DNA of 46,116 nucleotides from a virus (Duplodnaviria; Heunggongvirae; Uroviricota; Caudoviricetes): IMG/VR virus record IMGVR_UViG_2565956722_000005, positions 1 to 46,116 of that record; one strand, 5' to 3'. Shown piece by piece: positions 43,775 to 46,116 of this stretch (position 1 is its first letter; each line of letters starts with the position of its first letter). The notes under the pieces were generated by a model. It saw only the letters and a program-made list of their open reading frames with translations, ran no database searches and was not told where the DNA came from. The position numbers and the translations under genes were made by a program.

Positions 43775-43986
43775 CACCTCAGCAGGAAAACGCCCTTCGC
43801 AGCATTGCCCGTCAGGCTAATTCTGAAATCAAAAAAGCCAGACAGCAGTTTCCGGATAAAAACGTCGATGACATTTGCCGTAGCGTACTGAAGAAGCACC
43901 GCGAAACGGTAACGCTGATGGGATTCACACCGACTCATTTAAGCCTGGCAATCGGCATGTTAAACGGCGTCTTTAAGGAACGATGA
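43771..43986 (+). CDS. hypothetical protein
   Basis: 71 aa from MTPQQENALRSIARQ...; track ORF 43675-43986 is this frame with an upstream extension across the small peptide ORF. Confidence 0.45.
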   Translation: MTPQQENALRSIARQANSEIKKARQQFPDKNVDDICRSVLKKHRETVTLMGFTPTHLSLAIGMLNGVFKER

Positions 43987-44007
43987 ACATGAAAAGCAAA
44001 ATCATCA

Positions 44008-44029
44008 GGGAGCTACAGGCTCCTTTTTT
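44008..44029 (+). terminator. intrinsic terminator inside the early-left operon
   Basis: Stem GGGAGC/GCTCCT (44008-44013 / 44019-44024) with 5-nt loop, followed by a T-run to 44029 and ATTATT. Confidence 0.65.
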
Positions 44030-44084
44030 ATTATTCGCATTCACCCTCAAGCGTATTAACCAACAATTCAGGGATTAATGAAAG

Positions 44085-44303
44085 ATGGCAGACATCATTG
44101 ATTCAGCATCAGAAATTGAAGAATTACAGCGCAACACAGCAATAAAAATGCGCCGCCTGAACCACCAGGCTATATCTGCCACTCATTGTTGTGAGTGTGG
44201 CGATCCGATAGATGAACGAAGACGCCTGGCCGTTCAGGGTTGTCGGACTTGTGCAAGTTGCCAGGAGGAGATCGAACTTAAGAACAAACAATGGGGACTG
44301 TGA
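44085..44303 (+). CDS. TraR/DksA-family C4 zinc-finger protein
   Basis: 72 aa with CCECG...CRTCASC zinc-finger pattern. Confidence 0.6.
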   Translation: MADIIDSASEIEELQRNTAIKMRRLNHQAISATHCCECGDPIDERRRLAVQGCRTCASCQEEIELKNKQWGL

Positions 44304-44350
44304 TGGCCTCAAAGCAGCAAATTTCAACATCGTCCAACTGAGGTGTAAAA

Positions 44351-44629
44351 ATGTTCAGAATCATTTTTCCTAACACCTGGTACGTCGACCACCACGGCGC
44401 TCCCTGCAAAATCCTGCGTTCTACCCACAACAAAGTTCACTACATCCGAAAAGGCAGAACATGTATCGCCAGCATGTTCCGCTTTAATCATGACTTTGAA
44501 CCTGTGAATAAAGCTGATGCAGATCGGATAGCAGAAGAGATCGAAACGGCAGAACACATTAAGAAGTTACGTGACATGCGTTCAAAAAGCAGAGGTAACC
44601 ATGGAATCATACAGCCTCACACTCGATGA
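44351..44629 (+). CDS. hypothetical protein
   Basis: 92-aa ORF in the early-left operon; no family recognised. Confidence 0.4.
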   Translation: MFRIIFPNTWYVDHHGAPCKILRSTHNKVHYIRKGRTCIASMFRFNHDFEPVNKADADRIAEEIETAEHIKKLRDMRSKSRGNHGIIQPHTR

Positions 44630-44719
44630 GGCCTGACAGTTTCTCAAGATCGCCAGATCTACCGCAACCGACAATAACCGCCACTGAACGGTTTATTTCT
44701 TTATGGAGAAACCATACAA

Positions 44720-44950
44720 ATGACAATCAATATTCAGCCGATTCTAATAAACCGCGAGCGTGTTCAGGAGATGCTTGGTGGTATCTCCAGAACTACTTTT
44801 TACCGGAAGCGTAAACAGTGGGAGCAATCAGGGACACCATTCCCTCGGGAAGTGGAAGAAATCCACCCACCGAAAGGCGGCGCCCTCTTTCGCTACAAGG
44901 AAGTTATTCAGTTTTGCAAAGATAAAGGATTGATTTCCGAACACTCTTGA
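44720..44950 (+). CDS. AlpA-family excisionase/transcriptional regulator (Xis-like)
   Basis: 76-aa HTH protein (ERVQEMLGGISRTTFYRKRK); GGAGAAA RBS; 3' end overlaps the integrase 3' end. Confidence 0.7.
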   Translation: MTINIQPILINRERVQEMLGGISRTTFYRKRKQWEQSGTPFPREVEEIHPPKGGALFRYKEVIQFCKDKGLISEHS

Positions 44951-46116
44951 ATTTTCTTAGCCCATAATTCTGCTGCGTCCTGCTGCTCGGGGATGTAGTC
45001 ATACTGGTCATAAACAGCCAGCATCCCCGTGAGCTTATGCCCGAGAATTTTCTCCGAAACATGAGGTGCTACTCCAAGTTCAGCCATTTTTGTTTTGCAC
45101 GTTCTGCGCAGATCGTGCAATGACCAGTGCTCGCCCCCCATAACATCTTCTACCTGTTCTGCAATAGAAATTAGGGTGCTGGCAGACATTGGGCGATTTT
45201 CCTGTAACTTAGCCGGAGGAAATACGATTGACAGATCAGGGTATAGATCAAATACCTGCTGCAAATAATCTGCTGCGAGTTTTGAAATACCGCGAACAAA
45301 TCGCTTACGCGTTTTTGAGTTCTCTTTCGGTATAGTCCATTCTCTAGACTTCAGATCAAAATCAGTCTTCTTAGCCAACCGCAATTCAACACCACGACAA
45401 CCAGTTAACGCAACAATTCGAATAAACATTTTGTTTTGCCACGACATTTTCGTTTTGTCGATGGCATTCCAGAATGCGCCTATCTCAACATCGTTAAGAA
45501 AACGTTCGCCATTATTAGGTCTACTGCCGATATCATTAATCTCAAGAAGCATCAGTGCATTTGATGTTATGCGTTTTCTGCGTAACGCATAGCGGATCAC
45601 TTGCTTCATCTTCACCAGTACATTTCCCGCCTGTACGGGTGACCCACCTTTTGTTATGCGAATGAATATTTGCTCCCACTCTACAGGACTCATTTCATCT
45701 GCAATCAGCTTACCGTAATTGTCGGTGATGTGAAGTTTCAGCATCCGCTTCCAGTATTCGTACTTCACCATCTCTTTTACTGAAGGAGTATCAAACCACT
45801 CGTCAACTAGGGTACTGATGCTTGGGGAACTTGATGCAATATCTTTGGCTTTCTTCCTTTGCATGGCTGGGTCTTTACCCTTCTCCAACCACCCTTTACA
45901 CTCTTCCAATGCATCGCGAGCTTCCTTAAGCGACATCTTCCCGTACGTTCCGAGCTTTAACCTGGCGGGTTTTCCATTGAAACGATAGCGGTATTGAAAG
46001 GTGATAAGTCCCTTCGGGCTGATCCTGACAGAAAGTCCGCCTCCGTCAGCTATCTCCTCAGGTCCCTCATATGCTTTTCCGGATATACGTCGCAGCTTTG
46101 TATCGTTGAGTGCCAT
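44908..46116 (-). CDS. int: tyrosine site-specific integrase (P4-type, N-terminal arm-binding domain)
   Basis: 402 aa; N-terminal arm-type domain, C-terminal catalytic motifs (HDLRRT...LGHK...AVYDQYDY); ATG is the last codon of the window. Confidence 0.88.
   Translation of the reverse strand: MALNDTKLRRISGKAYEGPEEIADGGGLSVRISPKGLITFQYRYRFNGKPARLKLGTYGKMSLKEARDALEECKGWLEKGKDPAMQRKKAKDIASSSPSISTLVDEWFDTPSVKEMVKYEYWKRMLKLHITDNYGKLIADEMSPVEWEQIFIRITKGGSPVQAGNVLVKMKQVIRYALRRKRITSNALMLLEINDIGSRPNNGERFLNDVEIGAFWNAIDKTKMSWQNKMFIRIVALTGCRGVELRLAKKTDFDLKSREWTIPKENSKTRKRFVRGISKLAADYLQQVFDLYPDLSIVFPPAKLQENRPMSASTLISIAEQVEDVMGGEHWSLHDLRRTCKTKMAELGVAPHVSEKILGHKLTGMLAVYDQYDYIPEQQDAAELWAKKIQECSEINPLSLQN

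Noticed and set aside
44626-44814. 62-aa plus-strand ORF overlapping the start of the AlpA-like gene
   Set aside because: Overlaps the better-supported AlpA-like ORF, which has a clear RBS and HTH motif; no independent support.

Overview
The window is essentially one lambdoid prophage of an E. coli-like genome, lying in inverted lambda orientation. All calls come from reading the sequence and the ORF track against remembered protein families; no database search was run. From the right edge inwards: a P4-type tyrosine integrase (44908-46116, -) convergent with an AlpA-like excisionase; a plus-strand early-left operon with small ORFs, exo-bet-gam and a PL-like promoter; a cI-like repressor (+) divergent from cro; then on the minus strand a YdaT-like gene, O (with ori iterons), P, ren, a DLP12-type cargo island (emrE, ybcK serine recombinase, ybcL, ybcM), ybcN-ninE-ybcO-rusA (frameshifted) and a QuuD-like Q. 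Between Q and the lysis genes sits an AT-rich accessory cassette (lipocalin, DUF523/DUF1722 protein, AraC regulator). The lysis cassette is phage-21 type (pinholin S, SAR endolysin R, Rz/Rz1), followed by bor, cos, and a lambda-like head and tail module Nu1 through J with the G-T frameshift site, then lom, stf and a second tail fibre. At the left edge is a very AT-rich stand-alone KAP-type P-loop NTPase (1-1743, +), the best candidate for an undescribed defence gene. No N-like antiterminator ORF is found although intrinsic terminators and a boxA-like element are present. No tRNA, rRNA or CRISPR array was seen. Many track ORFs antisense to the GC-rich structural genes are rejected.
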